Assembly (NCBI RefSeq): GCF_006345805.1
Contig: NC_043003.1
Location: 64,666,001-64,730,000 of the forward strand
Direction: 5' to 3'
Length of the DNA: 64,000 nt
DNA from: Octopus sinensis
Lineage: Eukaryota
Position 1 is the stretch's first letter. Each line of letters begins with the position of its first letter. The notes under the pieces were generated by a model, which worked only from the letters and a program-made list of their open reading frames with translations, was not told the DNA's origin and searched no databases. Both the position numbers and the translations under genes were made by a program. This document shows positions 1 to 14,006 of the stretch, in pieces.

Positions 1-704
1 GCGAAATGCGTAGCCGTATTTCGTCTGCCGTTACGTTGTGAGTTCAAATTCCGCCGGGTTCGACTTTGCCTTTCATCCTTTCGGGGTCGATAAATTAAGT
101 ACCAGTTACACACTGGGGTCGCTGTAATCGACTTAATCCGTTTGTCTGTCCTTGTTTGTCCCCTCTATGTATAGTCCCTTGTGGGTAATAAAGAAATAAA
201 GAATTACAAAAATACAATAAAAGTTGTTTTACATACCAGAAGAATGAAATAGGAATCCAGGGGTTCCGTAGGCAAAAAGATAGTTGAGAAACTCTACTGT
301 ACGTTGTCATTTGACTTACTAAAAGAACAACAACCAAATCGTCTTCAACTGCATCTTTATTTTAAGAAATTCGTATTAAAACATAGGATAAATGTGGACT
401 TCTCTTGTTTCTTGTTTGTTTGTTGGAGGAAATGCAATGGTTATGATCCTTCACAGGTTTCCCAAGACTAACAGAAGGAAGTTAGCATTAAACTTGGGCC
501 ATGTCTCCAAAACTTGAAGCATTGCCCGAGTACAGGTGTAGGCGTGGTTGTGTGGTAAGAACTTTGCTTCCCAAATACATGGTTCCAGGTTCGCTCTCAC
601 CGCGTGCCACCTTGGACAAATGTCTTCTACTATATCACCGGACAACCAAACATTTTTCAGTCGATTTGGTAGACGGGAATTGTGTGAAAGCCAATCGTGT
701 GTGT

Positions 705-740
<36 letters not shown>

Positions 741-2134
741 GAATGTATGTGTTTGTAAAATCCAGTGAGGTAGTTAACTTATGTGGCTGCTAGACCAGCT
801 AAAAATAGCAACCAAATCTCTTCGGTGAGTGTATGTGTTACTGTGCGTATATATGTGTATGTCTGTGTATGTGTATTTGTTCCCCTCCACCGCTTGACAA
901 CCGGTATTTGTGTATTTATGTCCCCGTAATTTAGCGTTGTATAAATCAATGAATAACACACTTCGTTTATAAATGAGTGATTGTTGTTTTTCATGTTGTT
1001 ATTTAACCCTTAGCCGTGACCGCTCCACATTTTTTAAAAATCCAGGAATACCTTAATCATTTCGCCCTTTCTTTTCATAAGACAGCATGGGATAATCGGA
1101 GGGAAATTAGGCTGTTGTTTCTCGCAGAATGACGTTAATTTTAAAAGGGGGGGGGGCATTTAATATGCTTGTGTGACGTCAAAATCATATTTTCATCCTT
1201 CTCTAGTCTCCCTTTTCTGTCTGTCTGTCTGTCTCTCTTTCTAGAATAGTGGAAAAAAGACGTACAGAGAATAGGGCACACACAGGGAGAATGAGAGAGA
1301 GAGAGAGAGGGGGAGGGAGGGAGGGAGAGGGAGAGAGAGGTAGAAAAAGAGAAAGAAAGAGAGAACGAAAAAGAAAAAGAGAAAGAAAATAGAAAGAAAA
1401 GGAGAAAGAAAAAGAGAAAGAAAGAGATAAAGAAAAAGACTAAGAGAAGAGAAAGAAAAAGAGAAGGAAAGAAAGAATGAAATAAAGGGAAAAAATATGA
1501 GGGGAAATATTGCTTATGATGGCAACGATCTGGAGACTGAATAGCGTTAATTCACAAAACATTTCTTTGAAAAACCCTTCTTGAATGAAGTTTCAACTCA
1601 AACTCGAGCAACTTCAAGAATATCATATACATTAAACAATGTAACGTAGTCCTTGATATAAAAAAAAAAGGCGGGGACAGTTATGAACAGAGAGCCTTTT
1701 TTACCAAGAGTTTGACTGTCTTGGGGTTAAACAATAATAACATCAACAACATGATGAATCTAGTTTAAAGGCACAAAATTAAAACGAAAGTAAATACAGA
1801 TTTGTCAATGACCAGTCTAAAGGTTGTTCTGAGGGCGTTAAAAACTGTCGCATTAATGGATGACATCCGACCCATTTAACAACATGACACTAAGATGTTC
1901 TTTGTGTAATCACCGACATTACTAATCAGCCAAATAAATCAAAATATGCTTATTCTTAGCAAATAACCTACCCTCCAATCCAACCATCCATTTACTCCGC
2001 CCATTATTCCTGAAAGAATTGGAGGGCAGAGTTCGCAGGTACTTCCTGTATAGGGTCCATCCGGACGCAATCTCAGTATTTCATGTTGAATACCCAACGT
2101 GATCCATTTAGACTGTGAATATTAGACAATTTAA

Positions 2135-2380
2135 GGCGGCGAGCTGGCAGAAACGTTAGCATGCCGGGCAAAATGCTTAGCGGTATGTCGTCTGCCGTTA
2201 AGTTCTGAGTTCAAATTTCGCCGAGGTCGACTTTGCCTTTCATCCTTTCGGGGTCGATAAACTAAGTACCAGTTACGCACTGGGGTCGATGTAATCAATT
2301 TAATCCGTTTGACTGTCCTTGTTTGTCCCCTCTGTGTTTAGCCCCTTGTGGGTAGTAAAGAATTAGGTATTTCGTCTGCC
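2135..2380 (+). mobile_element. SINE family A (tRNA head, Meta/MESC-like central domain), representative copy
   Basis: A box GAGCTGGCAGAAACGTTAG, B box GAGTTCAAAT, then GCCTTTCATCCTTTCGGGGTCGATAAA..AAGTACCAG. Other copies at about 1, 4879, 6765-7400, 11667, 12318, 16370, 32545, 44407, 46670 and 57980. Confidence 0.85.
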
Positions 2381-3199
2381 TACGGAAAAGACCGCGGGAA
2401 CCTTGGGCAATAGTGTCATGCAAAAAGAAAGCACGTTACAGTAAGTGGCTCTCTTTTTTCATTTCGTTTTTTTTCCTTTTGGTTCATAGGATTATGCTCA
2501 CCCATCTTTTTTTGAAGCATTCACTAGACAAAACTTCCCTCTCTACTCTCACCTTCCTCTTCAAGTGATAATTGAAGAAGTTGATGAGAGATATTGACCA
2601 GAGAGGAAAGTCTTTGTATCTAAACCTTTCAGACGCGTCCACTATACACATTCTTTCGCCATAGCCACAAGTACACTGAAAATGGCTCTTCCTTCCCGTT
2701 TCAAGGAAGGTGGCTGCTAGACTTGTTAGAAATAGCAATCAAATCTCTCTAAAATCACACTCTTGGTCTTATGCGAATTCTCCCTTAAATAATTATTTCA
2801 AATTTTTGCCACAAGGGCAGCTTGGGGGAGGTGGGGAATGAGTCGATTACATCAACCCCAGTGTTTCACTGGTACTATTCATTGGTATTATTGGCGTAAT
2901 GGCTCTCCCAAGACACAACAATATTTGTTTTAACACACGAATTCATATCAAGAATCTTGCAAAACAAATTCTAAAACGAAGTTTCCATATCTAGCAATAT
3001 ACTTGGCAACAATTGCGTAATTTAGGAATAATAGACGATGAAAATGTCAGAAGTATTTCTTTATTTCGATGGATTGTGTCGCATTTTGACATTTCGTTTC
3101 AAACTATTTTTATACTCTTAAATGAGATGATATGTAACCTGACACTTTATATGTATTTCTTTTCTTGTGCTCTCTTTGGTGATGGTGGGTGGATATTAA

Positions 3200-3727
3200 G
3201 GCGGCGAACTGGCAGAAACGTTAGCACGCAACCGGGCGAAATGTATAGCGGTTTTCGTATGTCTTTATGTTCTGAGTTCAAATTCCACCGAGGTTGATTT
3301 TGCCTTTCATCCTTTGTCTGTCCTTGTTTGTCCCCTCTATGTTTAGCCCCTTGTGGGCAATAAAGAAATAAAAAACTTTAGCACGCTGGACGAAATGCTT
3401 AGCGGTATTTCGTCTGTCTTTACGTTTTCAGTTCAAATTCCGCCGAGGTCGACTTTGCCTTTCATCCTTTCGAGGTCGATTAAATAAGTACCAGTTACGC
3501 ACTGGGTTCGATATAATCGACTTAATCCGTTAGTCTGTCTTTGTTTGTCCCCTTTGTGTGTAGCCTCTTGTGGACAGTAAATAAATAGGTATTTCGTCTG
3601 TCGTTACGTTCTGAGTTCAAATTCCGCCGTAGTCGACTTTGCCTTTCATCCTTTCGGGGTCGATAAATTAAGTACCAGTTGAGTACCTCCCCCAAAACTC
3701 AAGCCTTGTGCCTTGAGTAGAAAAGAT
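3200..3727 (+). mobile_element. SINE family A head-to-tail multimer
   Basis: Three tandem TGAGTTCAAATTCC..CCTTTCATCCTTT units. Confidence 0.85.
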
Positions 3728-4141
3728 GGTGGTTGGATATTGTTGTCGTTGTTATTGTTGCTGGATTCATTGTCTGAATCCATTCCAGTCCTGCTCGAGC
3801 AGAACTGCGACTATAGACCTAATCACGACCATCCGGCAATTTTAACTCCCTCACTGACTACTACTACTACTACTACTACTAGTAGTAGTAGTAGTAGTAG
3901 TAATAATAATAATAATAATAATGTTGTTGTTGTTTAGAGCCATGTCTGTTAGTCTTGTTAATGCAGCACTACGATCATAGAAATTCCATTCGCGAGGTTG
4001 GACAGTGTGCGTTACAAGCTCACTTTGTAACGAGGAGGTTTCGAGATCAGTCCCGCTGCACAGCACCTTCTGCAAATATGTTTTACTATAGCCCCGGGTT
4101 GAGCAACGCTTTCTGAGTGAAGTTAACAGTAAAAAAAATCA

Positions 4142-4172
<31 letters not shown>

Positions 4173-5234
4173 TGTCTGTGCTTGTTCCCTATCACGACTT
4201 GACAACTAGTGTCGGTCAATTTATGTCCCCGTTACTTAGAGGTTGAACAAGTGAGGCCGATAGAATAAACATCCGGTTAAAAAAGAAAAAGAAGTACTTA
4301 GGTCGAGTCATTCGACTAAAATTTCTTCAAGGCGGTGCCCCAGCATGGCCACAGTCTAATGACTGAAACAAGAAAAAGATGAAAGATAAAAGATAGATAT
4401 ATGATCCGAGGCAGACTTGTCTGCCATTTCTGTAAGGTGAGCGACCGCATATTGGACCCCTTGCTGGCCCTAGTGTAGGTGGCTTGTGGCTGTGGGTGTG
4501 TTAAGCTGATGGAGCCAGCTGGATTGATATATTTATTTACGTATATTGTTCAGAAACAAATACTCGTAACCAAATTCACCCTATTCCCCCCCCCCCGTCC
4601 CCCCATTTTTCTTTGTTACAAAATAAATTCTGTTCATGTAATTTTATCAAAAATTACTGCATTTCACGGTCAGTATAGCTGCTATTTCAATGACGTACAA
4701 TGGAGCCTCCCACCTACGTATGTTTACTGACAATTCATAACTTTAATCACATGTGAATTTTAACATTCCACTAACACCACCCACTCACCGAGTTTTCTGC
4801 AAGAGAAAAGTAAATAAATGATACCTCTATCATCATCATCATCATCATCTATACTACTACTACTACTACTAGTAGTGAGGCGGTGAGTTAGCAGAATCGT
4901 TAGCACGCCGGGCAAAAATGCTTAGCGGCATTTCGTCCGTCTTTACATCTTGAGTTCAAATTCCACCGAGGTCGACTTTGCATTTCATCTTTTTGGAGTT
5001 GATGAATTAAGCAATAGCAGAGCCCCGGGGTCGATGTAATCAACTTATCCTCTCCTCCAAATTTTAGGCTTTCTGCCTCTAATAGACAGGATTATTATTA
5101 TTATTATTATTCCGAATATGATATTTATTCCAATGGCACAATATTGTTTTATTAGCAGTACTGAAGTATATTTTAGGTCACCACACAAGATGTTCACGCA
5201 TGCCCGCTCACACATATATGAGTGTATCTGTGTA

Positions 5235-5276
<42 letters not shown>

Positions 5277-7649
5277 TAAGTGCGTTTACGTGTGAGCATA
5301 AACCTTCCTGGATCTCTCCATTCGGCAGACCAGAAACGTGAAGGAGTCGGGCCCGCAAAACTTGAAGTGGCATAGAACCAAATCAAATAATACATGTAAC
5401 TCCTACTAAATATGTTGAGTTGGAGGTACATGGCCTAGTGGTTAGAGTAGCGGACTCGCGGTCGAGGGATCGTGGGTTCGAATCTCAGACCGGGTGATGT
5501 ATGTGTTTATGAGCGAAACACCTACGCTCCACGCGGCTCCGGCAGAAGGTAATGGCGAACTTCTACTGACTCTTTCGCCAACAACTTTCTCTCTTTCCTC
5601 CTGCATCTTGCAGCGCACCTGCGACGGACCGGCGTCTCGTCCAGGTGGGGAACCTATACACCAAGGAAACCGGCCCTTATGAGCCAGGTATGGTTTAAGA
5701 AGGAACAAACAACAATAAATATGTCGAGTGCCTTTTTCTTTCGTTTATTCACTCACACGCGTGCGCGCGCACACACACACACACACATTATAGTAGTATC
5801 AACGCCAAGCAGTATTTAGACATAAACGAACTTTATGCCAGTTAAGATATCTTTCTGACATATTTCAATGTCTAAAGGCAAATTCACTGCAGCTACCGTG
5901 GAGTAAAAAGATTCTCCTTTATGATAAAAAGGTGTAAAAACACCACGTCTGTCCAGTGCTGCCTCCTGTCGGATTCTCAAACATGTTTCTAGCTTTTTAG
6001 CCGTTATTAATAGGAAATAGCGAAGAGAGGGCAATTCTAGACAGACAATGAAAGCCGTAGTTTTAACTAAAACAGTCAACAGCATTGAATGAGTAACGCC
6101 ATTCGACCGCCAGCTCAGAAAATATTACAGCAGTATCAGCGCCAAGCAGTGTTTAGATATAAGCGAAGTTTACGTTAGTTAAAATATGTTTCTAAAGGCA
6201 GGAAAATTCTATTGTTTTTCTTATCTACTTCGATAAAACTTTGTTAGAAATCTTCCTTCCAGGAAGATGTCAAATAATTAAAAATAGAAGAGAACAAATA
6301 TACATATAGACATGCATTCATACATACGTGCTTACTTGCATGTATGCATACATTTAAATGGTCGATTTTAGCTTCGCTCCTTTCAGGTTTTTACAAAATT
6401 GTACATGTGTTACACTGATCGCCACTCGCACAATTGTAATACGCCCTTCGCCGAAATTGGCCTTGTGCCAATTTACAATCTGCGCACTTCTATAATAAAC
6501 CAAATCTATATATCTCTAAGATATACAGATTATTACATCCGGCCAATCTAATTTCCGAGATAATAAGAGATATCTCAATTTACCGGTACCATTTAGACTC
6601 AACCACAAACATTTACTATTTCTCTCTGTTTCTCTTAGTCAGTCAGTCAGTCAGTTAGTCTCTGACTGTCTGTCTGTCTCTCCCTCTCTCTCTCTAGCAA
6701 CAGATACAGACACGCGTGCACGTATACACTGTTCAATTAGTAATAATAATAATAGTAATAATAATCCTTTCTACTATCGGCACAAAGCCCGAAAATTCGG
6801 GAGAGGAGAGTCGATTATATCGATCACCAGTGCTCAACTGGTACTTATTTTATCGACCCTAAAAATCTACCTCGGGGGAATTTGAACTCAGAACGTAAAT
6901 ACTGACGAAATACCGCTAAGCATTTTGCCTGTCGTGCTCGCAAAATTCCGCCAGCTTGCCGCCTATAATAATGATAATAATAATTCTCTCTCCTGTAGGC
7001 ACAAGGCTTGAAATTGGGTGGGAGGGGCATAGTCGATTACTCAACTGGTACTTAATTTATCGCCCCCGAAAGGATGAAAAGCACAGTCGACCTCGACGAA
7101 ATTTGAACTCAGAACGTAGCGGCAGACGAAATACCAATAAGCATTTCACCCGGCGTACTAACGATTCTGCCAGTTTGCCGTCTATAATACTAGTGCTACT
7201 ACTACTACTAATAATAATAATAGTTTAAAATTTTGCCACAAGGGTAGCAATTTTGGGGATGGGGTTAAGTCGATTACGTCGACTCCAGTGTTCAACTGGT
7301 ACTTATGTTATAGACCTCGAAAAAGAAAAAAAAAAAAAGAAACATGAAAGGCAAAGACGACTTCAATGCAATTTGAACTGAGAACGCAAGAAGCCAGAAG
7401 AAATAGAGTCAATGCAGCGAATTACCATGATCGTTAGCACGCTGAACAAAATGGTTTGCACGTTCGTCATTACGTTCTGAGTCCAAATCCGACCGTGGTA
7501 GACCCTACCCTCTATCCTTCCGAGGTCGATTAAACAAGCACCCACCTGAACACACTCTCCCTTATTGCTGGTTTAGTGTCAAAAATTAAAACCATTATTA
7601 TTTATGGGGTCGATTATTATATGGGTACTACTGTACAAGGGTTTCGTTG

Positions 7650-8025
7650 AGGTGCAATGGCCCAGTGGTTAGGGCAGCGGACTCGCGGTCGTAGGATCGC
7701 AGTTTCGATTCCCAGACCAGGCGTTGCGAGTGTCTATTGAGCGAAAACACCTAAAGCTCCACGAGTCTCCGGCAGTGGGTGGTAGCGAACCCTGCTATAC
7801 TCTTTCACCACAACTTTCTCTCACTCTTTCTTCCTGTTACTCTTGTACCTGTATTTCAAAGGGCCAACCTTGACACACTGTGTCACGCTGAATCTTCCCG
7901 AGAACTACGTTAAGGGTGCATGTGTCAGTGAAGTACTCAGCCACTTGCACGTTAATTTCGCAAGCAGGCTGTTCCGTTGATCGGATCAGCTGGAACCCTC
8001 GACGTCGTAACCAACGGATTGCCAA
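7650..8025 (+). mobile_element. SINE family C
   Basis: Colinear with the reverse complement of 25358-25737. Confidence 0.85.
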
Positions 8026-8525
8026 AGGTTCAAATTCATGCTGGAATTCATCGTGCCGTATCGGCAGCAAACTTCTAAATGCTCTCTAAATTAATAAATA
8101 CAAAAATAAACATTGATTTACAGTAATAATACTGATTTTACGCATTAAAATACACGTCCTACAAAATAACAGCCATAACTAAAACCGCGTAGATTTTATA
8201 AATATTTACGTTTGCTTTCTTCCTTGTATCCATCACAAAACGCTTACCTAGTATATTTACAATTGATAAGTATTGCATATTAGCACAAGTATACAGTAAC
8301 AATATACACATGGCCGATACCTGCTCAGCTTTCGGCGTGTCTATCATCACCTACTCGGTGTGTTTCACATCACAACTCAATAACAACATTATTTTCATAG
8401 TCGAGGTTAAAATCGCACATCACAGGTGCAGTATATCAGCGCTGTATTTTCATTTCTAATTTATTTAATGTACCTTGAGGTGTTTAAATACCAAAATTGA
8501 TAAAAGACAGAGAAACATGCATTAT

Positions 8526-11082
8526 CCCTTTCGTTACTATATTTCTGACCAAAGTATACCCCTCATGATTTTCAATTAAATTCTAAAATAATCATGAATT
8601 TAGACTAGTTTCATTAAACAACTCTAACTTTTTTTACTCATCAACATATTAATGTGATATTTGGAACATAATTGAAGAAAGGGTTCTTAATCAATTCCAT
8701 TGCGTAATTTTTGTCTCAAAGTGACTAATTACAGGTAAATCCAGGTAAACTGAGCAAAGGGTAAAAATATTAAAATTTTGTTTAAACATTACCATAGAAA
8801 ATTAGTCCTCAGCTAATATTTACTTGAGGTATGCAACAAAATTTTGATATAGAAGAATTCTGCACATCACTTGATTATCAGTTGAATTTAATGCACAGAA
8901 GAACAGGTATACCATAAAGGTAAAATAAATTAAAATACTGGAATTTGTTTTTTAAGAAAACTAGAAAATTAAATACAACTGAATGAAATATATTCACAAA
9001 CATATGAATACACAGGAACATATACAATAAAGATTTACAATAGAAATTAAATCAAAACTTGTCACTTTACAGGCAAATTAAAATTACAGGTAAATTAAAA
9101 TAAAAAGTTAAAACTAAGTAAATTTGAAAAATATTTATACAATCTAATCGTACATATATACAAACAATATTTACACTATATTTCTATCATGGAAAGTTGT
9201 AAAACATCTCACTCTACATACTGCAACCTTGCAGAATGCACATTGGAAGGACGTTTCAACTGGCCGTCCACTGGGAGTTTTTCTTTTTTGATGTAGACAT
9301 TCACGGCACTGCCTTTTGTGATCCCCGATTTTTTTTCTAATTTATGTAGATCGGCTGAGCTCAGAGGAATATCTCTCTGGCAGGTTTTGCTTTTCCTTCC
9401 TGCAGTTTTTATTTTTTTGAGGAATATCCTGCCCTCAACTGCGTTGCTACATCTGCCCGGAACTGCAGATGATCGCACCGCTTGCGAACCCCTCCTGATT
9501 TGGTATATAATATATATGCATTTACAATGCTAATATTTACTATATACCAAACCAGGTATCTCCACCATTTATTACCCGGTCTACCAACCGGATAATAACT
9601 CATCATCTGGTTCAGCCGATCCACACCGCCCATGTACCTGTTATAATCAAGGTTCACAAACGGAGTGCCATTTTTATCTACACATGGTTGTGCACTGGTA
9701 GATAGAAAATTTATCTGCCTCTTATCTCTATATGTGGTCGCTAGTAGATTTCCTTTCTGCCGTTGGATTATTTCACCTCTTTTTTTTTACTTTTGCTTTT
9801 TTTATATCCAACGGCAGCCCTTTTCTACTAGCAATTACTGTAGCACACGTATACGTTGTCACAGCTTCTAAATCCTCCGCAAGTTTGACCGAACTAAAAA
9901 TTCGGTCAAAACATAATATTCGGCCCTGGTTATGGTATGGAAGAGATAAATTCCAGACCACATCATATCCTAGGCCGTGCTGACTAACATTATTGTCTCT
10001 TTTTCCAGTGTAGAAGCTAAATCCACAGCAGTACCCAGTATTTGCTTCACATATTTTCTAAACTTTGATCCCCCATTTTGTGGGCTTTCCTGGCATATAC
10101 TGTCGAAAACGTACTCGGCCTTTATAGCCCACCATACCCACATCGACGGATAAATACCTTCCAGGGTTGTAAAATGTTTTATATGCATTTTGAACACCGT
10201 CAATGAGGGGTCTTATTTTAAATAAGGGATCAAAGTTTGGTTCGCCACGTACTGGGGTACTGCTACTGTCTCTCATGTGCAAGTATTGATTTAGTTTTAT
10301 AAATCTTATTCTGGTCATTATACTGGAAACATATTCATCGCCGAAAGGTTCCTGTTTGCTCCAGTAATTTGTAATTCTGGGTAACGTACTCGGCATTTAT
10401 AGCCCACCATACCCTCATCGACGGATAAATAATAATATTTATGGCAAAAAATGTCCGCATTTCGTCTATGGTTGTTGGATACCACAAGCTATCTCTTTTT
10501 CGAGCTTGTTTACTTTCTGCGTGACGATTCGTCTCCGCAGTTATTGCTTCAAACAAGCATGCTGGAAAAAATAAAAATAAAAAGTCTATTGGTTTCGCTT
10601 CTTGAGAAAGACTATGGGTAGACCCTGTCTCAGAAAAATTGTTAATAGACACTTTTTTTAACTTATTACACCATTCTGGTGTAAAATAATCCTTGTTGTC
10701 TGTGTCGCTATTTTCAGTTTCAGAATCGCTTTCGGATGCTGAAATATCCAATTCAAATTCATCCACCACGTGCTTTTCTACTTCATCCATTCTTCTCCTC
10801 GAAATCTCCATATCTTCAGTCGAAAAACCTTCAAATTCGGAATCACTGCTTGATAGCATAAAACTCCTCTCCATTTTCAAAGTTGAAAAAAGTTACCGTC
10901 GATAAAAATGTGGAAAAAAATCTCCCAATATTCACTGAGTTCAAATATCACTCCAAACAATGTCGGATACAATAACTAAACTGTTAGCAAAGTGAAATCA
11001 CGTGTTTTAACGAATGTACCAACGAGATTTGGGTTCAAATTTACATTTAAATAACAATAGCTTCTCTCGGCCGGGTTGGTAA
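8526..11082 (-). mobile_element. piggyBac-family DNA transposon, decayed; boundaries approximate
   Basis: Left end TTAT|CCCTTTCGTTAC resembles a TTAA|CCC terminus. Internal transposase relic. Right end uncertain; only a partial match GGTTGGTAA near 11074-11082. Confidence 0.7.
9185..10880 (-). pseudogene. Frameshifted piggyBac (PGBD4-like) transposase
   Basis: Colinear ORF pieces: acidic N-terminus, PIDFLFLFF..ETNR, FDPLFKIRPLID, LSVD(V)GMVGYKGR..QYMPGKPTKWGIKV, ILCFDRIFSS, YNRYMGGVDRLNQ..KWWRYL..NAYILY, and a C-terminal Cys-rich domain RQCREC..TSFQCAFCKVAVCRVRCFTTFH. Several frameshifts. Confidence 0.92.
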
Positions 11083-12225
11083 TATGAACCAAAAAATTTA
11101 TGTGTCGCATAGCTAGCTAGAGGCGATGGTCTCTTGGAGCTAATCAACGGCAGCATTCGTCCTATTTTTCTGGGCTGCCATGTTAGCTTGGCGATAACTA
11201 TTATAAAAAAAAAGCATTATTTTCCACGCAAATAAAAAATCTCTGCTGAAAATGTTATCTTTTTGTTTAAGCTTCTGCTCAGGAATTCCATTTTCTTATA
11301 TTTCCTCTTTCCTTGTTTCAGTTATTGGAATATGGTCATGTTGGCCTGAAAGTCTGGTGCTTATTTTCTCTCGATTTTTTTTTTACTGGGCCTCTAAGTT
11401 ATGCGATATAAACAAGCCAATACCGATTGTCAAAACACACACACAGATATAAGTTTTCTCTGGTTCAGCCTACAAAAACTTCACTCGCAAGATATGGGTC
11501 GGCCCAGCGTTATTGTAAAAGACACCTGCTCCGGGTGCCCAGCTGTGGGATTGAACCAAAAACCACGTCGTTGCAAACTAAGCTTCTTAAACACACAGCC
11601 ATACCTGCGCTTTTGTTGCATTTATGTTTATTTAAGAAATTTTATTTATTTAAGAAATTCAACTAAGGCGGCGAGATGGCAGAAACGTTAGCATGCCAGG
11701 CAAAATGCTTAGCGCTATTTACTGTCTTTATGTTCTGAGTTCAAATTCCGCCGAGATTGACCTTGACTTTCATCTTCTCGGTGTCGATAAAATAAGTACC
11801 AGGTGAGCCCTGGTGTCGATGTAATCACTTACCTCTACTCTGAAAATTGCTGGCCTTGTGCCAAAATTTGAAACCAGTAATAAATTCAGGTCATGAAATA
11901 TAAATCAGGAACAACGAAATAGAAGCAATAATGATTTATGCATTTGAAAAGTGAAGTAGAAATTTAATTTAGTTTCGAATTAGAGTTCCATGGTATATCT
12001 TAATCATAAAAGTTCATTAAAATTTTTGTAACCTTGCAGATACTAGATAATAACAAGATTCGGTCACTGGAAACATATTTATATTGTAAAAATAAACACT
12101 TAAATAAATCCTCAGATAACTGTTCATTGATAGCACATGGATTAGTTCAATCACGTTAATGATGAAAAAGTAGCCAAATTAAAAGAGATATTCGGTAATA
12201 GGATAGAAAACACAGAATTGCGGGT

Positions 12226-12288
<63 letters not shown>

Positions 12289-12540
12289 TGTGTGTGTGTA
12301 TGTACATATATGTGTAAGGCGGCGAGCTGGTAGAATCGTTGATGCGTGGGGCAAAACGCTTAGTGATATTTACGATCTGAGTTTAAATTCCGCCGATGTT
12401 GCAGTTGCTGTTCATCCCTTCGGGGTCGAGGAAATAAGTACCAAACTGAGCAATTCAGTCGATGCAATTGACTTCAATCCAGCTAAAACTGCTGGCCCTG
12501 TACCAAAATAAGAAAGGATATATATGCATATAATAATATA

Positions 12541-12575
<35 letters not shown>

Positions 12576-12579
12576 CATG

Positions 12580-13030
12580 CATATACGGGTACAGGACGTC
12601 ACCAAACAGTAAACAACATGAAATACGACGAAAGCAAATAAGTTCAATACGAAAACAACGAGAGAAACAAATGGAAAAGAGGACAAGTAACACAAAGAAC
12701 GACCCTACGTCAGCTGTCGGCTGTCTTTCTACTCATCGTTTCGAGCATTGAACGAGAATATGTGTCTTCTCGACAGTCGCTCCCATACGTGCTGAAATAA
12801 AATTTGGGATTTATGGAGTCAAAGTCGGGAACAAAAACAGCGAACGAAAACAAGCATGGAGGTTCGTTAGACCAGAATGTGGGTAAAAATAGCAAACGCT
12901 GGAGAAATATTTTCTTTGACAAGAGAAAAGATATAAGAGAGAGATAGGATATGTGCTGTCCTTAAAACAGTCGTGAAAGAAAAGAAAGATGATCACGTGA
13001 AGAACAGAAAGATGGACGATGGTCACGTGT
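12580..13030 (-). mobile_element. (TA)n-anchored, probable Penelope-like terminal fragment
   Basis: Terminus GGGTACAGGACGTCACCAAACAGTAAACAACATGAAATAC recurs inverted at about 27300-27345, also next to (TA)n. Contains degenerate GAAAC..GTA and CTGACGTA motifs. Confidence 0.4.
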
Positions 13031-13903
13031 GAGCAACGAGAGAGAGAGAGAGTGAAGCGGAGAAAGAGGGGGAGGGAGGGACAGTGAGAGAAAACTGTGT
13101 AAAGTCACATAACTAACTGGTACTCCGCTGGTTACGATGGAGAAGGTTCTAGTTGATCTGATCGACAGAACAGACTGCTCGTGAAATTAACGTGTGAGTA
13201 CTCCACAGACACGCGTAGCCTTAACGTACTTCTTAGATATATATGTATGCATGTAAATGTGTATGTCTCCCTATTTTTGCGTTTCTCCTCCACCATCATT
13301 TGTCTATGGTGTTGGCTTTTTTTATAATCCTGCAGGTTAGAAGTTCGGCAGGTGAGACCTATATAATGAATACCACACTTACGAAAAACAAAAAAAGAAA
13401 AAGCAGGTCAGTTCTCGGCTTGTCCAACTAAACCAATCAAGGGGGTGCTCCAGCATGACCGCAGTCCAATAATTGAAACAAGAAAAAAAATTAAAGATTA
13501 AAGATTAAATAAAGCGATGAAAAAATAAGAACGTGCGAATGTGTGAATGTATTTGAAGAGAGAGAAAAAGAGGGAAAAAAAGGTGTGAAGGAAGTAATCC
13601 GAGACAAAGGGACAATATGCGGTGCGTTGGGTGGGTGTGTCGGTGGTTGATTTTCTGACTGGGTTATTATTATTATTTGATAAAAAGGGGACAAAAACGT
13701 GTTCAACATAAACATTAGGGGCATTATATATTATATATATATATATATATTATATATATATAGATATATATATATATATATAGATGTGCATATGTGTACA
13801 TATGTGTCTGCGTGTTTGGGGTATATGTGTACACGTGTGTGCGAATATGTATATATATATATATAGGTGTGTGCGTATGTATATATATATATATACACAC
13901 ACA

Positions 13904-14006
<103 letters not shown>

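Noticed and set aside
5422-5495. tRNA-like sequences with A and B boxes (also 7650, 25665, 33980)
   Set aside because: They continue into SINE bodies and lack a proper acceptor stem and terminator, so they are SINE heads rather than tRNA genes.
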